A stretch of DNA of 25,681 nt, taken from the IMG/VR virus record IMGVR_UViG_3300012952_000120, positions 1 to 25,681 of that record; one strand, written 5' to 3'. The notes beneath the pieces are model-generated. The model saw only the letters and a list, made by a program, of their open reading frames with translations. It was not told the DNA's origin and did no database searches. The first letter of the stretch is position 1. Every line of letters starts with the position of its first letter. The position numbers and the translations under genes were made by a program. Positions 1 through 8,492 of this stretch are shown here, one piece after another. Source of the stretch: a virus. Taxonomy: Duplodnaviria; Caudoviricetes.

Positions 1-430
1 AGCAATGCAGCCTGAGTTTGAGGATGAGGAAGCAATTGATCCATTCGATTTCTGGCAAGGTGCTAACTTCAAGTTGAAGGCAAAGAACGTTGCTGGTTAT
101 AGAAACTACGACTCTTCTGAGTTTGCTGCTACCAGTGCTTTACTAGATGATGACGATGCGATGGAAGCAGTCTGGAAGAAGGAGCATTCCTTAGCAGAAT
201 TGGTTGCTGCCGATCAGTTCAAGTCATATGATGAACTCAAGACTCGTTTGAGTAATGTTCTTGGTAACAAGCAAGTTCGTAACGATGCTGAAACTATAGA
301 GCAAGAGTTTGAAGATGTTAAAGCATCAGCTCCTGTTACTGAAACAGTAGAATCAGTGTCTAGATCTTCTGCTACAGAAGACGAAGATGATGATGCACTA
401 TCATACTTTTCTAAACTAGCTGAAAGCTAA
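1..430 (+). CDS. gp32: Single-stranded DNA-binding protein gp32, C-terminal part (5' truncated by window edge)
   Basis: PFDFWQGANFKLK...GYRNYDSSEF...FKSYDELK and acidic tail EDEDDDALSYFSKLA are typical of T4-like gp32. The frame is open back to the window start, so the ATG at 5 is probably internal. Confidence 0.95.
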   Translation, partial: AMQPEFEDEEAIDPFDFWQGANFKLKAKNVAGYRNYDSSEFAATSALLDDDDAMEAVWKKEHSLAELVAADQFKSYDELKTRLSNVLGNKQVRNDAETIEQEFEDVKASAPVTETVESVSRSSATEDEDDDALSYFSKLAES

Positions 431-555
431 TGAAAATCAAGCCTCTTAAACATTGTCGATTATCCCAAATGAAGTTTTTCTACTGGGACCCAAAAGATGA
501 TCCAAGAGAGCCTGAATATTGGGAAGACTCACCTTCGGGTGGGTCTTTTTTATGA
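430..555 (+). CDS. Small hypothetical protein, 41 aa (MKIKPLKHCRLSQMKFFYWDPKDDPREPEYWEDSPSGGSFL)
   Basis: Not in the ORF track. Starts by TAATG overlap with the gp32 stop (428-432) and ends at TGA 553-555, filling the gp32-gp53 gap. Confidence 0.55.
   Translation: MKIKPLKHCRLSQMKFFYWDPKDDPREPEYWEDSPSGGSFL
524..551 (+). terminator. Rho-independent terminator with C(UUCG)G tetraloop
   Basis: AAGACTCACC-TTCG-GGTGGGTCTT stem-loop (524-547, one G-U pair) running into a T tract. Lies at the convergence of gp32 and gp53. CUUCGG hairpins are characteristic of T4-type phages. Confidence 0.9.
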
Positions 556-1257
556 TAATAAAGCAGTATTTTCAGTCTTAATGAGGAATGGATCTAGGTA
601 TTGTGAGTTTCTATCATATCTCATTATTCTCTTAAGATCTTGTAAGAACATTTGTAAAAATTCTGGTCTTAAAATATCGATTGATCTTTTTTCATTATTT
701 CTATTAGACTCATATTCCCAATTAGAAATACCTACAATTGGTGATATATCAACTGTTCCAGGATATTGAACTATTTCTGCACCTGTATTTCCAGTCCATG
801 TTGCATTTAATGGCCAAACACTTCCTGGACCTGGAATTGTAAAAGTAGAATCTACTGATCTTCCTTGTTCTAGTATTAATCTATTTTTATCATCTTTTAT
901 TTCAATAGTTTCATAATGATGAATACTGTTTATATTAGCAAGACCATATTTGTTTACTGTATAATTATATAATTTTTGATCAGATAATGGCCAATCGTTA
1001 TGAACATTAGTTATACCAGCAGTAAGAACAACTACAAAATCTAAATCAGAAGAACCATATACTTCGTGTGCAACAGTATCAGGTCTTGCATCCTGTGCAA
1101 TAATAAACTTATTAAAGACGGTTGCAGAATCTGCTAACCAATCCATTATTTTAACTTTTCTAAAAAAGTTTTTAACTATTATATAATCACCAGATCTTGT
1201 TTTAGATGATAGTGGTGATGGGTAACTTACATTAGGTAGTTGTCTGAAATATCCCAT
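550..1257 (-). CDS. gp53: Baseplate wedge component gp53
   Basis: MGYFRQLPNVSY, RPDTVAHEVYG (LysM-like), DWPLS, IHHYET, SNWEYE...NNEKRSIDILRPE; adjacent to gp48. Confidence 0.88.
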   Translation of the reverse strand: MGYFRQLPNVSYPSPLSSKTRSGDYIIVKNFFRKVKIMDWLADSATVFNKFIIAQDARPDTVAHEVYGSSDLDFVVVLTAGITNVHNDWPLSDQKLYNYTVNKYGLANINSIHHYETIEIKDDKNRLILEQGRSVDSTFTIPGPGSVWPLNATWTGNTGAEIVQYPGTVDISPIVGISNWEYESNRNNEKRSIDILRPEFLQMFLQDLKRIMRYDRNSQYLDPFLIKTENTALLS

Positions 1258-2426
1258 TAGTATCCTACTCCATCTGTTAGTGGAACATTATCATAATCTT
1301 CAGCATATATTGGATTAGTCTCTTTAAATGTCATTTGCATTTTAATGTGTACTGGTGTTCCATCTTCATATGTTGAATAGTTTCCATTACCTGTATAATT
1401 AACACTTAATGCTGCTAATGCACAGGGTTTAAATACATTTAAAAATGGATGTTGTTTACCTCCACTTAAATATCTAAGTAAGAATAGATCTGGAGCAGAT
1501 ACAAAAACACCTGCACTAGTACCACCACTATTACTATATTCACTTGATCCTAATCCATCTGCTTTAGGAGACATTGCTTGTTTTAAAGATCTTATAATTT
1601 TCTTTATTCGTTCACCTTCTTTCTTTTCCCTTGCAGTAAAAGTAACATCAAATCTAAACTCTCTTAGATTTACACCATCAAATAATAATTCTTTATTTGA
1701 GTTTAATATATTTCCAGATCCTCTTGATAATACATTATTTGCAGTTACATTTGCACCGAATTGATTAACTGCTAAACCTGCTAATGTTGATCTTAGAGTA
1801 TTTGATAATGTACCACCCGTTTCTATACCTTCAACTTCAACTCCTTGAGTAACCATAGTCATAAGGTTATCCCAATTTTCTCCTCCAGAATTAGACATCA
1901 TAGAGTTTGCAATATCCATACCCATTATTGTAAATAGGTTCATTGTGCTTTCACCCCAAGTCACAGAGGTTGTATCACTTATTTGTTGTGGTATTGGTAG
2001 TTCTATATAAAACTTTGTGAATTGTTTAAATCCTGCATTTCCTTTTGAATATTGATCATATCGGGAAGACATACTTTTTCCCATTTGGGTATTATATTTT
2101 AATGGGGTTCCCTCTTTTCCAAATTTTTCATAATCTTTTTTTATTCCATCAATACTAGAACCTTTTTCCCCTGTTCCAAATTGTCCACCAATACCCTTAC
2201 CTTTTTCGGGTGGTCTATATTTTACTGCTTGTATTAAAAAACTATCTTCCTTAGCAATAGGTGATCTATTTAATGGATATGATAAAAAGAAGGGAGAACC
2301 ATAACCATCTGATTTTTTAGCACCAGTTTGGGTAGTTTGTGTTGGTGATCCTGTTACTTTAGCACCAACAGATTCTTGTAATTTTCTATTTTCTACGGGA
2401 TCTACCCGCCAGGTCCCCATTGCCAT
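1257..2426 (-). CDS. gp48: Baseplate tail tube cap gp48
   Basis: IELPIPQQISDTTSVTW, N.N.ELLFDGVNLREFRFDVTF, FKPCAL..LSVNYT, PVHIKMQMTFKE; synteny with gp53/gp2/gp4. Confidence 0.88.
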   Translation of the reverse strand: MAMGTWRVDPVENRKLQESVGAKVTGSPTQTTQTGAKKSDGYGSPFFLSYPLNRSPIAKEDSFLIQAVKYRPPEKGKGIGGQFGTGEKGSSIDGIKKDYEKFGKEGTPLKYNTQMGKSMSSRYDQYSKGNAGFKQFTKFYIELPIPQQISDTTSVTWGESTMNLFTIMGMDIANSMMSNSGGENWDNLMTMVTQGVEVEGIETGGTLSNTLRSTLAGLAVNQFGANVTANNVLSRGSGNILNSNKELLFDGVNLREFRFDVTFTAREKKEGERIKKIIRSLKQAMSPKADGLGSSEYSNSGGTSAGVFVSAPDLFLLRYLSGGKQHPFLNVFKPCALAALSVNYTGNGNYSTYEDGTPVHIKMQMTFKETNPIYAEDYDNVPLTDGVGY

Positions 2427-2454
2427 TTATTGACCTTATTCTTAGTATATTGTT

Positions 2455-2462
2455 TATTTATA
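2455..2462 (-). promoter_or_regulatory. T4-type late (gp55) promoter TATAAATA upstream of gp48
   Basis: + strand TATTTATA reads TATAAATA on -. Overlaps the gp2 stop, 28 nt before the gp48 start. Confidence 0.75.
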
Positions 2463-2997
2463 CATTCATACGGAATCTTGCAAAAGGTACTCCATCAAGA
2501 TCAGTTAATTCTGAATGTGTTATTTCATATAGTCCATCTACAATTTCATTCCAAGTATAATTTCTATGAGTATTCCAATGAAAATTAATGCCACGAAATC
2601 CCCATTCAAAGACATCAGTAACAGCAACCATAGGATGTTGATCGTATCTTAAGTTGGGTGTTTTTGCATTGTATATGAATACATAATATTTTCCTTCTTG
2701 AGGTACTCTACCACTTGCTGATAATGATCCGATGATTTTTGTCATTAAATCATCAGGATGTTCTGTACCAATTAGATCGTTAAGTATATGTGATATTCTA
2801 TTTCTAGATTCTCTTTCTTGTCTGAGTTTTTCTTTTTGACGGGCAACAAAAGATCCTTCTTGCTTCTTTACTTTTGTTCTAGTTGTTAGAGTACTTTTAG
2901 TATTCTTTTCAGGTGCAATGCCTCTTTTGCTTTTGATTGCATCTTTGTTTCTTTTGGCAGCAGCTGCCATTCTTTCTGAAAGACTTTCTGCCATCAC
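2458..2997 (-). CDS. gp2: DNA end protector protein gp2-like, with basic N-terminal extension
   Basis: GKYYVFIYNAKTP..YDQHPMV...GFRGINFHW core; directly downstream of gp4. Start is GTG 2997 or ATG 2994 (TGATG coupling). Confidence 0.7.
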   Translation of the reverse strand: MMAESLSERMAAAAKRNKDAIKSKRGIAPEKNTKSTLTTRTKVKKQEGSFVARQKEKLRQERESRNRISHILNDLIGTEHPDDLMTKIIGSLSASGRVPQEGKYYVFIYNAKTPNLRYDQHPMVAVTDVFEWGFRGINFHWNTHRNYTWNEIVDGLYEITHSELTDLDGVPFARFRMNV

Positions 2998-3434
2998 TTA
3001 ATACCTAGTTCTTTTTCAGTGACTACTTTAAATTCCCATTGACGATCTTTACAGAATTCTGTTGCTGCTTGCCACTTTGCTTGGTTCTTTGCATATTCAT
3101 ATGCTTCACGCATATATCCTCTAGTTTGTCCTTTTTTTGTCCTTTTAGGAGGAGAACATTGTTTTAGTGGTTTTACTTCAATAACATAGTTTTTAATGAT
3201 ACCATTAGTTTCTTTTACTTTCATATAGAAGTCTGGAAAATACCTATGCACCTTATTATCTACAGGAGATCTATATGGTAGTGCTATTTCTTCACTTGCC
3301 CATTCTAATACATTTTTGTTTTGATCACAGTAAACCATAAACTTTCTTTCCCACAAAGACCTGAAAATTATACCTGTAGGATCACCTTTATACTTTTTAG
3401 GGTGTGATGGTCGATATTTTCCTTTATAAGCCAT
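2994..3434 (-). CDS. gp4: Head completion protein gp4 (TnsA-like PD-(D/E)xK nuclease fold)
   Basis: MAYKGKYRP.HPKKYKGDP..IIFRSLWERKFM, WASEE, HRYFPDF, IEVKP, NQAKW.AA..FC. Confidence 0.93.
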   Translation of the reverse strand: MAYKGKYRPSHPKKYKGDPTGIIFRSLWERKFMVYCDQNKNVLEWASEEIALPYRSPVDNKVHRYFPDFYMKVKETNGIIKNYVIEVKPLKQCSPPKRTKKGQTRGYMREAYEYAKNQAKWQAATEFCKDRQWEFKVVTEKELGIK

Positions 3435-3441
3435 CTAAATA
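3434..3441 (+). promoter_or_regulatory. Late promoter variant TCTAAATA for the rightward tail operon
   Basis: TAAATA core in the 33-bp divergent gap, 26 nt before GTG 3468. Confidence 0.65.
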
Positions 3442-3459
3442 GAAATGATATAGTAGAAC

Positions 3460-3467
3460 TATTTAGA
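3460..3467 (-). promoter_or_regulatory. Late promoter variant TCTAAATA for the leftward gp4-gp2 operon
   Basis: + strand TATTTAGA, the exact inverted copy of 3434-3441, 25 nt before the gp4 ATG. Confidence 0.65.
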
Positions 3468-4322
3468 GTGACACGCCCAATACCAAAGAAAATATCTCAG
3501 ATTTTGCCTACGTTTCAGAATGTAGCACAATCGTCTCATTACGTTGTTGAATTTGGTCTTCCTAATTATTCATCATCGGGACCTAATTTAACTAAGTTTT
3601 TAAAATCAAAAGGAGTTGATGATAGGTTTGATTTACGTGAAATAGGATTATTATGTAGTAAGGCAGTTTTGCCTGGAAGTGCTTTTGCAACAATTGATGC
3701 TGTAGGAGAGTATCAAGGTATAGCTGAACGAATGCCACATACTAAGAAGTTTGTTCAAATGCAATTAGAATTTTATGTTGATAATGAATATAAGTCATTA
3801 AAGTTTTTAGAGCATTGGATGGAATATATCAGTAATGGATCTGGTGGAAGTAATTTAGAAGATGCTTATCATTACAGGATGAATTATCCAAAGTCATATA
3901 AATCTCATAGTACAAAGATTGTTAAGTTTGAAAGAAACTATAGACAAACACTTGAGTATGGTTTTCGTGGATTGTATCCAATTGAATTAAACTCCACAGT
4001 TGTTCAGTATCAAAACTCTCAAGTATTAAAAGCAACTGCATCATTCAATTATGATCGCTATGTTTGCGGTAAAACTTCAACTGCTTCTGTTGCTGCTGGT
4101 TCTGATAGAAATAAGTCTGCTGCAGAGAAAGCATTTATGGGTGGTGGTGGCAGTGGTGGAGAAGGAAAAAATCTTTTAAATCCACCAGCAAAAGTTGGAG
4201 CAGGAAATAGAGATTTAATACCTCCAAGATCTCAAGAAGAAATAGATTATGCAGCTCAACTTGGAGATAAATTATTTGGCAATACTTCTGGTTCAGATAC
4301 TGGTTGGTTTGACGCTGGATAA
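3468..4322 (+). CDS. Tail tube-family protein (gp19/gp54-like baseplate tail tube initiator)
   Basis: LLCSKAVLPGS.F, LEFYVD..Y..LKFLEHWMEYI, F.GLYPIELNS...Y..SQVLK.TASFNYDRY; GTG start; low-complexity C-terminal tail. Confidence 0.75.
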   Translation: MTRPIPKKISQILPTFQNVAQSSHYVVEFGLPNYSSSGPNLTKFLKSKGVDDRFDLREIGLLCSKAVLPGSAFATIDAVGEYQGIAERMPHTKKFVQMQLEFYVDNEYKSLKFLEHWMEYISNGSGGSNLEDAYHYRMNYPKSYKSHSTKIVKFERNYRQTLEYGFRGLYPIELNSTVVQYQNSQVLKATASFNYDRYVCGKTSTASVAAGSDRNKSAAEKAFMGGGGSGGEGKNLLNPPAKVGAGNRDLIPPRSQEEIDYAAQLGDKLFGNTSGSDTGWFDAG

Positions 4323-4324
4323 AA

Positions 4325-4345
4325 TCTAAATAACCCCTATAAATA
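4325..4345 (+). promoter_or_regulatory. Tandem late promoters TCTAAATA (4325-4332) and TATAAATA (4338-4345)
   Basis: Exact T4 late consensus plus a variant in the intergenic gap before gp26. Confidence 0.8.
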
Positions 4346-4367
4346 AAATTACTGAATTGAGCATATT

Positions 4368-5087
4368 ATGCCTTTACCACAAATATCGACTCCTTCTTAT
4401 GAGTTAGTTGTTCCTTCCACAAAAAAGAAAATTAAATTCAGACCTTTTTTAGTTAAAGAAGAAAAGATTCTTATTTTAGCTATGGAGAGTCAGGACAATA
4501 AACAAATTGCAAATGCAGTTAAAGATGTTATTTCTCATTGTATCCTTACTAAAGGAGTAAAAGTTGAAAATCTTGCTACATTTGACATTGAGTATCTCTT
4601 TCTCAACATTCGTGGTAAATCTGTTGGAGAAGAAGTTGAAGTAACTATTACTTGTCCAGATGATGGCGAGACTACAATTCCTGCTGTTATCAATCTAGAT
4701 GAAATACAAGTTATTACTGATAAAGATCATAAACAAGACATCAAATTGGATGATCAATATACATTAAGAATGAAGTATCCTTCTATGGAGGAGTTTATAA
4801 AAACTAACTTTGCTGTTAGTGGTGAATTAAAAGTTGATGATACTTTTAAATTAATTGCTTCATGTGTTGATCAAGTTTTTTCTGAAGATGAATCTTGGGC
4901 AGCTTCTGATTGTACAAAGAAAGAATTATCACAGTTTATTGATTCTCTTAATTCAAAGCAATTTAAAGATGTGGAGAGATTCTTTGAAACTATGCCTAAA
5001 CTTTCTCATACAATTAAGGTAACTAATCCTAAGACAGAAGTAGAGAGTGAAGTTGTTATGGAGGGATTGCAAAGTTTTTTCGGATAA
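4368..5087 (+). CDS. gp26: Baseplate hub subunit / assembly chaperone gp26-like (T4 gp26/gp51 family)
   Basis: MPLP.I.TP.YEL, FRPFLVKEEKIL..AMES, FDIEYLFLNIRGKSVGE, FFETMPKL, C-terminal EGLQSFF. Confidence 0.9.
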   Translation: MPLPQISTPSYELVVPSTKKKIKFRPFLVKEEKILILAMESQDNKQIANAVKDVISHCILTKGVKVENLATFDIEYLFLNIRGKSVGEEVEVTITCPDDGETTIPAVINLDEIQVITDKDHKQDIKLDDQYTLRMKYPSMEEFIKTNFAVSGELKVDDTFKLIASCVDQVFSEDESWAASDCTKKELSQFIDSLNSKQFKDVERFFETMPKLSHTIKVTNPKTEVESEVVMEGLQSFFG

Positions 5088-5117
5088 GTATGGCACATGA
5101 AGATCTTGCGTCATACT
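5060..5117 (+). promoter_or_regulatory. Putative -1 programmed ribosomal frameshift signal (SD-like GGAGG, slippery T_TTT_TTC, 3' hairpin)
   Basis: GGAGG 5060-5064; T TTT TTC 5075-5081 in gp26 codon phase; stem AGTATGGC 5087-5094 / GTCATACT 5110-5117. The -1 frame reads CGG ATA AGT ATG into the gp51-like ORF. Confidence 0.65.
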
Positions 5118-5272
5118 ATAAAATTAATTTTGCCTTAATGCAACATCATAAATATAGCTTAACAGAGCTAGAAAATATGATACCTTGGGAAAGAGAAATC
5201 TATCTTACTCTTTTACAACAGTATATTGAAGATGAAAATCTAAAAGCACAACAAGAATCAGGACTTAGTTAA
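5090..5272 (+). CDS. gp51: gp51-like baseplate hub assembly catalyst (60 aa); possibly expressed mainly as a frameshift extension of gp26
   Basis: YYKINFALMQHHKYSLTELENMIPWEREIYLTLL motif. Confidence 0.85.
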   Translation: MAHEDLASYYKINFALMQHHKYSLTELENMIPWEREIYLTLLQQYIEDENLKAQQESGLS

Positions 5273-6831
5273 TGGCTCCAGCATCTCCACTTGCAGGTGG
5301 AATACAAGCAGTAAGAAGAAATGTTTCTGCCTCAACCTTTACAGGTAAAGCAGCACCTGCTGCTGCTCCTCAACCAGATAGTATAACCACTAATTTACTT
5401 GCTAGAAATAATTTAGCATTAAGTGGTGTAGCACAACAAATAGCTACAGTATCTAATCAAGTAGCATTTTTAAATAAAGGATTATCTTCACTTAATAATG
5501 GATTAACTGTAAGTGCAACTATAGAAAGACAAAAGGCACAAGAAGAAGCAAAGAGACAACAAAAATTAGCACAAATAAAACTAAGAGAAGGAAAGGAGAG
5601 TGCGTTAGAGAATAAGATACAAAATGCTTTAATGAAACCAGTCAATAGGATAGGTTCAAAAGTACAGTTTGGTTTACAGAGGTTAGCTAACTTCTTTACT
5701 ATTATTTTAGGTGGTTGGATAGCGTCTGGTACTGTTGAACTCTTCCAAGCATTAGCTACTGGTAATACTGAGAAACTTAATGAAATAAAGAGTCAAATAT
5801 TAGGGAATCTTGCCTTCTTAGGAGGTAGTATATTTTTAATAGGTGGTGGATTAACTCTATTAGCAGCTAATGTTGCTAAATTAGGATTTAGATTTTTAAA
5901 ATGGGGTGGTGGTAAATTATTTGGAAAACCTATACAATGGCTTAGTACAATGATAGCTAAGCAGATTGGTGGTTTAATACCAGGAGTAGTAGGTGGTGTT
6001 CCAAGAGGTATGGGTAGTATGACTGCTCCTGTCGCAGATAGGGTCAGTAGAAGCGGTATGAATCAGACCAATAAAGGTCAGATGAAGACTCCTACACCTA
6101 AAACTGGAGGATTCTTTTCTAGACTTCCTTTAATTGGTGGTGCTTTCCAAGTTACCAGTGATGTAACTCAAGGAAAGGATGTTCAAGATTCTGTGACAGA
6201 CACTGGTGCTGCTATGGTAGGATCTACTATTACAACTTCAGTAATAGATAAATTACCTCTAGGAAAGAAATGGAAGTTCTTAGCTCAAGCTGCTGGTGGT
6301 ATCCTTTCTTGGATAGGTTCTTATGGTTTATCTGAAACATTATTTGAAGATGCTAGAAAGCGGAGAGAATTAGAAAATCCAAATCAAGATGTTGATCCAG
6401 AAAATTATGATCCAAATTTTGATTTAGATGCATTCCTTGGTAGTGAAGGTAAAAAGGGTGATATTATGCCTTCAATGATGAGTGATGTTGGATCTTTAGA
6501 AAAGCCCAATCGTGCAAATTTTGATGCTGGTTTTAAAGGTAGTCAAGAATTTAAAAGTGCTTTGAAAGAATGGAAAATGCAAAGTGCAGAAAGTATTAGT
6601 CCAAAGTCTAATCAAAAAACTGTTGCTAATAACATTGCTAATAGTGCAGGTGTAGATGAACAACCCTTATTTGTTCCTACACCATTACAAAGTAATAATC
6701 AACAACCTGCTGGTTCTGCTTCTTCTGCTAGTCCTGGTAGGGGTGATGGTGGTGTTCCAAATATACCATCTTCTAATTCTGCATTTCGTAGTTATCAATT
6801 GCTTTCTAAAAAGCATTATCAGGTAGTGTAG
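5272..6831 (+). CDS. Tape-measure-like (gp29-position) tail protein 1
   Basis: N-terminal coiled coil, then long amphipathic/hydrophobic Gly-rich helices (FFTIILGGWIA; LAFLGGSIFLIGGGLTLL). Lies between the hub chaperones and the gp27-like gene. Confidence 0.55.
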   Translation: MAPASPLAGGIQAVRRNVSASTFTGKAAPAAAPQPDSITTNLLARNNLALSGVAQQIATVSNQVAFLNKGLSSLNNGLTVSATIERQKAQEEAKRQQKLAQIKLREGKESALENKIQNALMKPVNRIGSKVQFGLQRLANFFTIILGGWIASGTVELFQALATGNTEKLNEIKSQILGNLAFLGGSIFLIGGGLTLLAANVAKLGFRFLKWGGGKLFGKPIQWLSTMIAKQIGGLIPGVVGGVPRGMGSMTAPVADRVSRSGMNQTNKGQMKTPTPKTGGFFSRLPLIGGAFQVTSDVTQGKDVQDSVTDTGAAMVGSTITTSVIDKLPLGKKWKFLAQAAGGILSWIGSYGLSETLFEDARKRRELENPNQDVDPENYDPNFDLDAFLGSEGKKGDIMPSMMSDVGSLEKPNRANFDAGFKGSQEFKSALKEWKMQSAESISPKSNQKTVANNIANSAGVDEQPLFVPTPLQSNNQQPAGSASSASPGRGDGGVPNIPSSNSAFRSYQLLSKKHYQVV

Positions 6832-6832
6832 T

Positions 6833-8488
6833 ATGGCAAATAATACTCAGATAGTTAGAAAGTCTTTACTTAAATCTTCTATTAGTCTTCAGACTATAAA
6901 CAAGTCTGTTACTTTTTTATCTAAAGATTTAAAAAGAGCTACTAATCTTTTACAAAATACTGGTAAGGTACAGGAGCAAGATAATAAATTTAAAAGAGCA
7001 TTACTTGGTCGTGAAAATACTTGGTTTAATAGGAGAAGAGAGCAAGTATTAAGAAGAGAGAAGGAAGATATTACTGAAGCAGCTACAGTAGGTGGTGCTA
7101 TAAAGAGAAGAGGTAAGGTTGTTGGATCTAGTACTAAAGGATTTTTAGGTAGAATATTAGATGTATTTGGTATATTATTCATAGGATGGTTAACTACTAA
7201 TCTTCCTCCTATTTTGAGAGCTGTTAATAATATGATTAAATTGATACAGAAGACTGTATCTATATTGAGTGGTTTTATAAACAATACTGTTGGATTTTTT
7301 AATAGTCTTGGTGCAGGTTTAGATAATGTTCTAGGTAATCTAACAGTAGGTTTTAGATTTGATAAAGATACTGAATCTATAAAGAAAGGTTTTGATGATA
7401 TGAATAAAGGAACTAGAATGTTTTCTGCTGATATTGAGAGTAGTATTGGTAGTTATCTAGATCCTAAAACTTATGGTCGTGATAATTGGGATTTACCAAC
7501 GGATGAGACTGAAATAAACAAACCTGAAGGAACTGCAAGAAACTTTGGTGGGTTAGTAGATTTTGCGACTTTTGGAATGACTGATCTTGATAAAAGAGGA
7601 AATCTATTTGGTGGACGACACGGTAGAACTGGATTTAGTAATGTTGATGGTATAAGTAATGATGAACAGATAGAGCAGGAGCAACAAAAAACAGATACAG
7701 TTAAAGTAGAACCAAAGGATACTTTAGTTAAAGGTGCTAATGAGGATAAAAAAGATAGAGAAATTGATAATGATTCTGCCATAGCAAATAATCCAGATGC
7801 AAATTTAGAAACGAGATTTGAGAATGGTTTTATACCACCAAAACGTATTAATGGAGTCGATAATCCACAGTATATTGAGTATAAAGAGTGGTTAAATGGT
7901 CCAGGTGGACTTGATATGTTTAAATATGGTGGTTTTATAAGTGGAAAACCTCATTCACAAGGTGGAGAAAACATTAATGTTGAGGGTGGAGAAGCTGTTA
8001 TACCTAAGAAGAGAGTAGAGCAATATGGACCTGAGTATATTAATGCGATTATTCAAGGTAATGCTGACAATGTTACTAAATTGAGAGCAGGAAGATCTGC
8101 TTTAGATAAAGCAGTTGAGGATTTTAAAGAAGCAAATGATGGTATTATAAAATATGATGAGTATAAAAGAATAGAAGCAGAAACCTATGGTAGAGTAAAA
8201 GCACATCTCAATTCTAAAACTCAAGGGACAACTTCAGATCAAGTAGCACCTAAACAACAATCAGAACCTAAAATTGAGATTCCAAAATCTAAAGTTAATC
8301 AAATGTCATCTGGACCTATGAAGAGAAAAAGGAAGGTAGTGCAAATACCAATTCCTAATAATAATCAACAGCAACAGGTTCCTATGTCTCCTCCATCTGG
8401 AAGAAAGATGAACTCAGGTAAACCAAGACCTAATTCAGGTGGTTTACATATAGGAGATCTTCAATCATTAATGCTAGCTTACACTTAA
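6833..8488 (+). CDS. Tape-measure-like tail protein 2
   Basis: Charged coiled coil, GFLGRILDVFGILFIGWL segment and FKYGGFISG..HSQGG..INVEGGEAVIP motif of the kind seen in tape-measure C-terminal regions. Confidence 0.55.
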   Translation: MANNTQIVRKSLLKSSISLQTINKSVTFLSKDLKRATNLLQNTGKVQEQDNKFKRALLGRENTWFNRRREQVLRREKEDITEAATVGGAIKRRGKVVGSSTKGFLGRILDVFGILFIGWLTTNLPPILRAVNNMIKLIQKTVSILSGFINNTVGFFNSLGAGLDNVLGNLTVGFRFDKDTESIKKGFDDMNKGTRMFSADIESSIGSYLDPKTYGRDNWDLPTDETEINKPEGTARNFGGLVDFATFGMTDLDKRGNLFGGRHGRTGFSNVDGISNDEQIEQEQQKTDTVKVEPKDTLVKGANEDKKDREIDNDSAIANNPDANLETRFENGFIPPKRINGVDNPQYIEYKEWLNGPGGLDMFKYGGFISGKPHSQGGENINVEGGEAVIPKKRVEQYGPEYINAIIQGNADNVTKLRAGRSALDKAVEDFKEANDGIIKYDEYKRIEAETYGRVKAHLNSKTQGTTSDQVAPKQQSEPKIEIPKSKVNQMSSGPMKRKRKVVQIPIPNNNQQQQVPMSPPSGRKMNSGKPRPNSGGLHIGDLQSLMLAYT

Positions 8489-8492
8489 ATAA

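Noticed and set aside
497-769. 90-aa + strand ORF
   Set aside because: Antisense to gp53 and spans the terminator; no protein-like features.
2994-3434. gp4 as a transposase or homing endonuclease
   Set aside because: The TnsA-like fold is the normal T4 gp4 core gene in its usual context; no mobile-element ends.
5147-5154. CATAAATA late-promoter-like site inside gp51 (also 15592-15599)
   Set aside because: Intragenic and explained by coding sequence in AT-rich DNA; cannot be supported without TSS data.
6820-6840. Frameshift or readthrough joining the two tape-measure-like genes
   Set aside because: No slippery run at the junction (GTA GTG TAG T ATG); looks like ordinary translational coupling.
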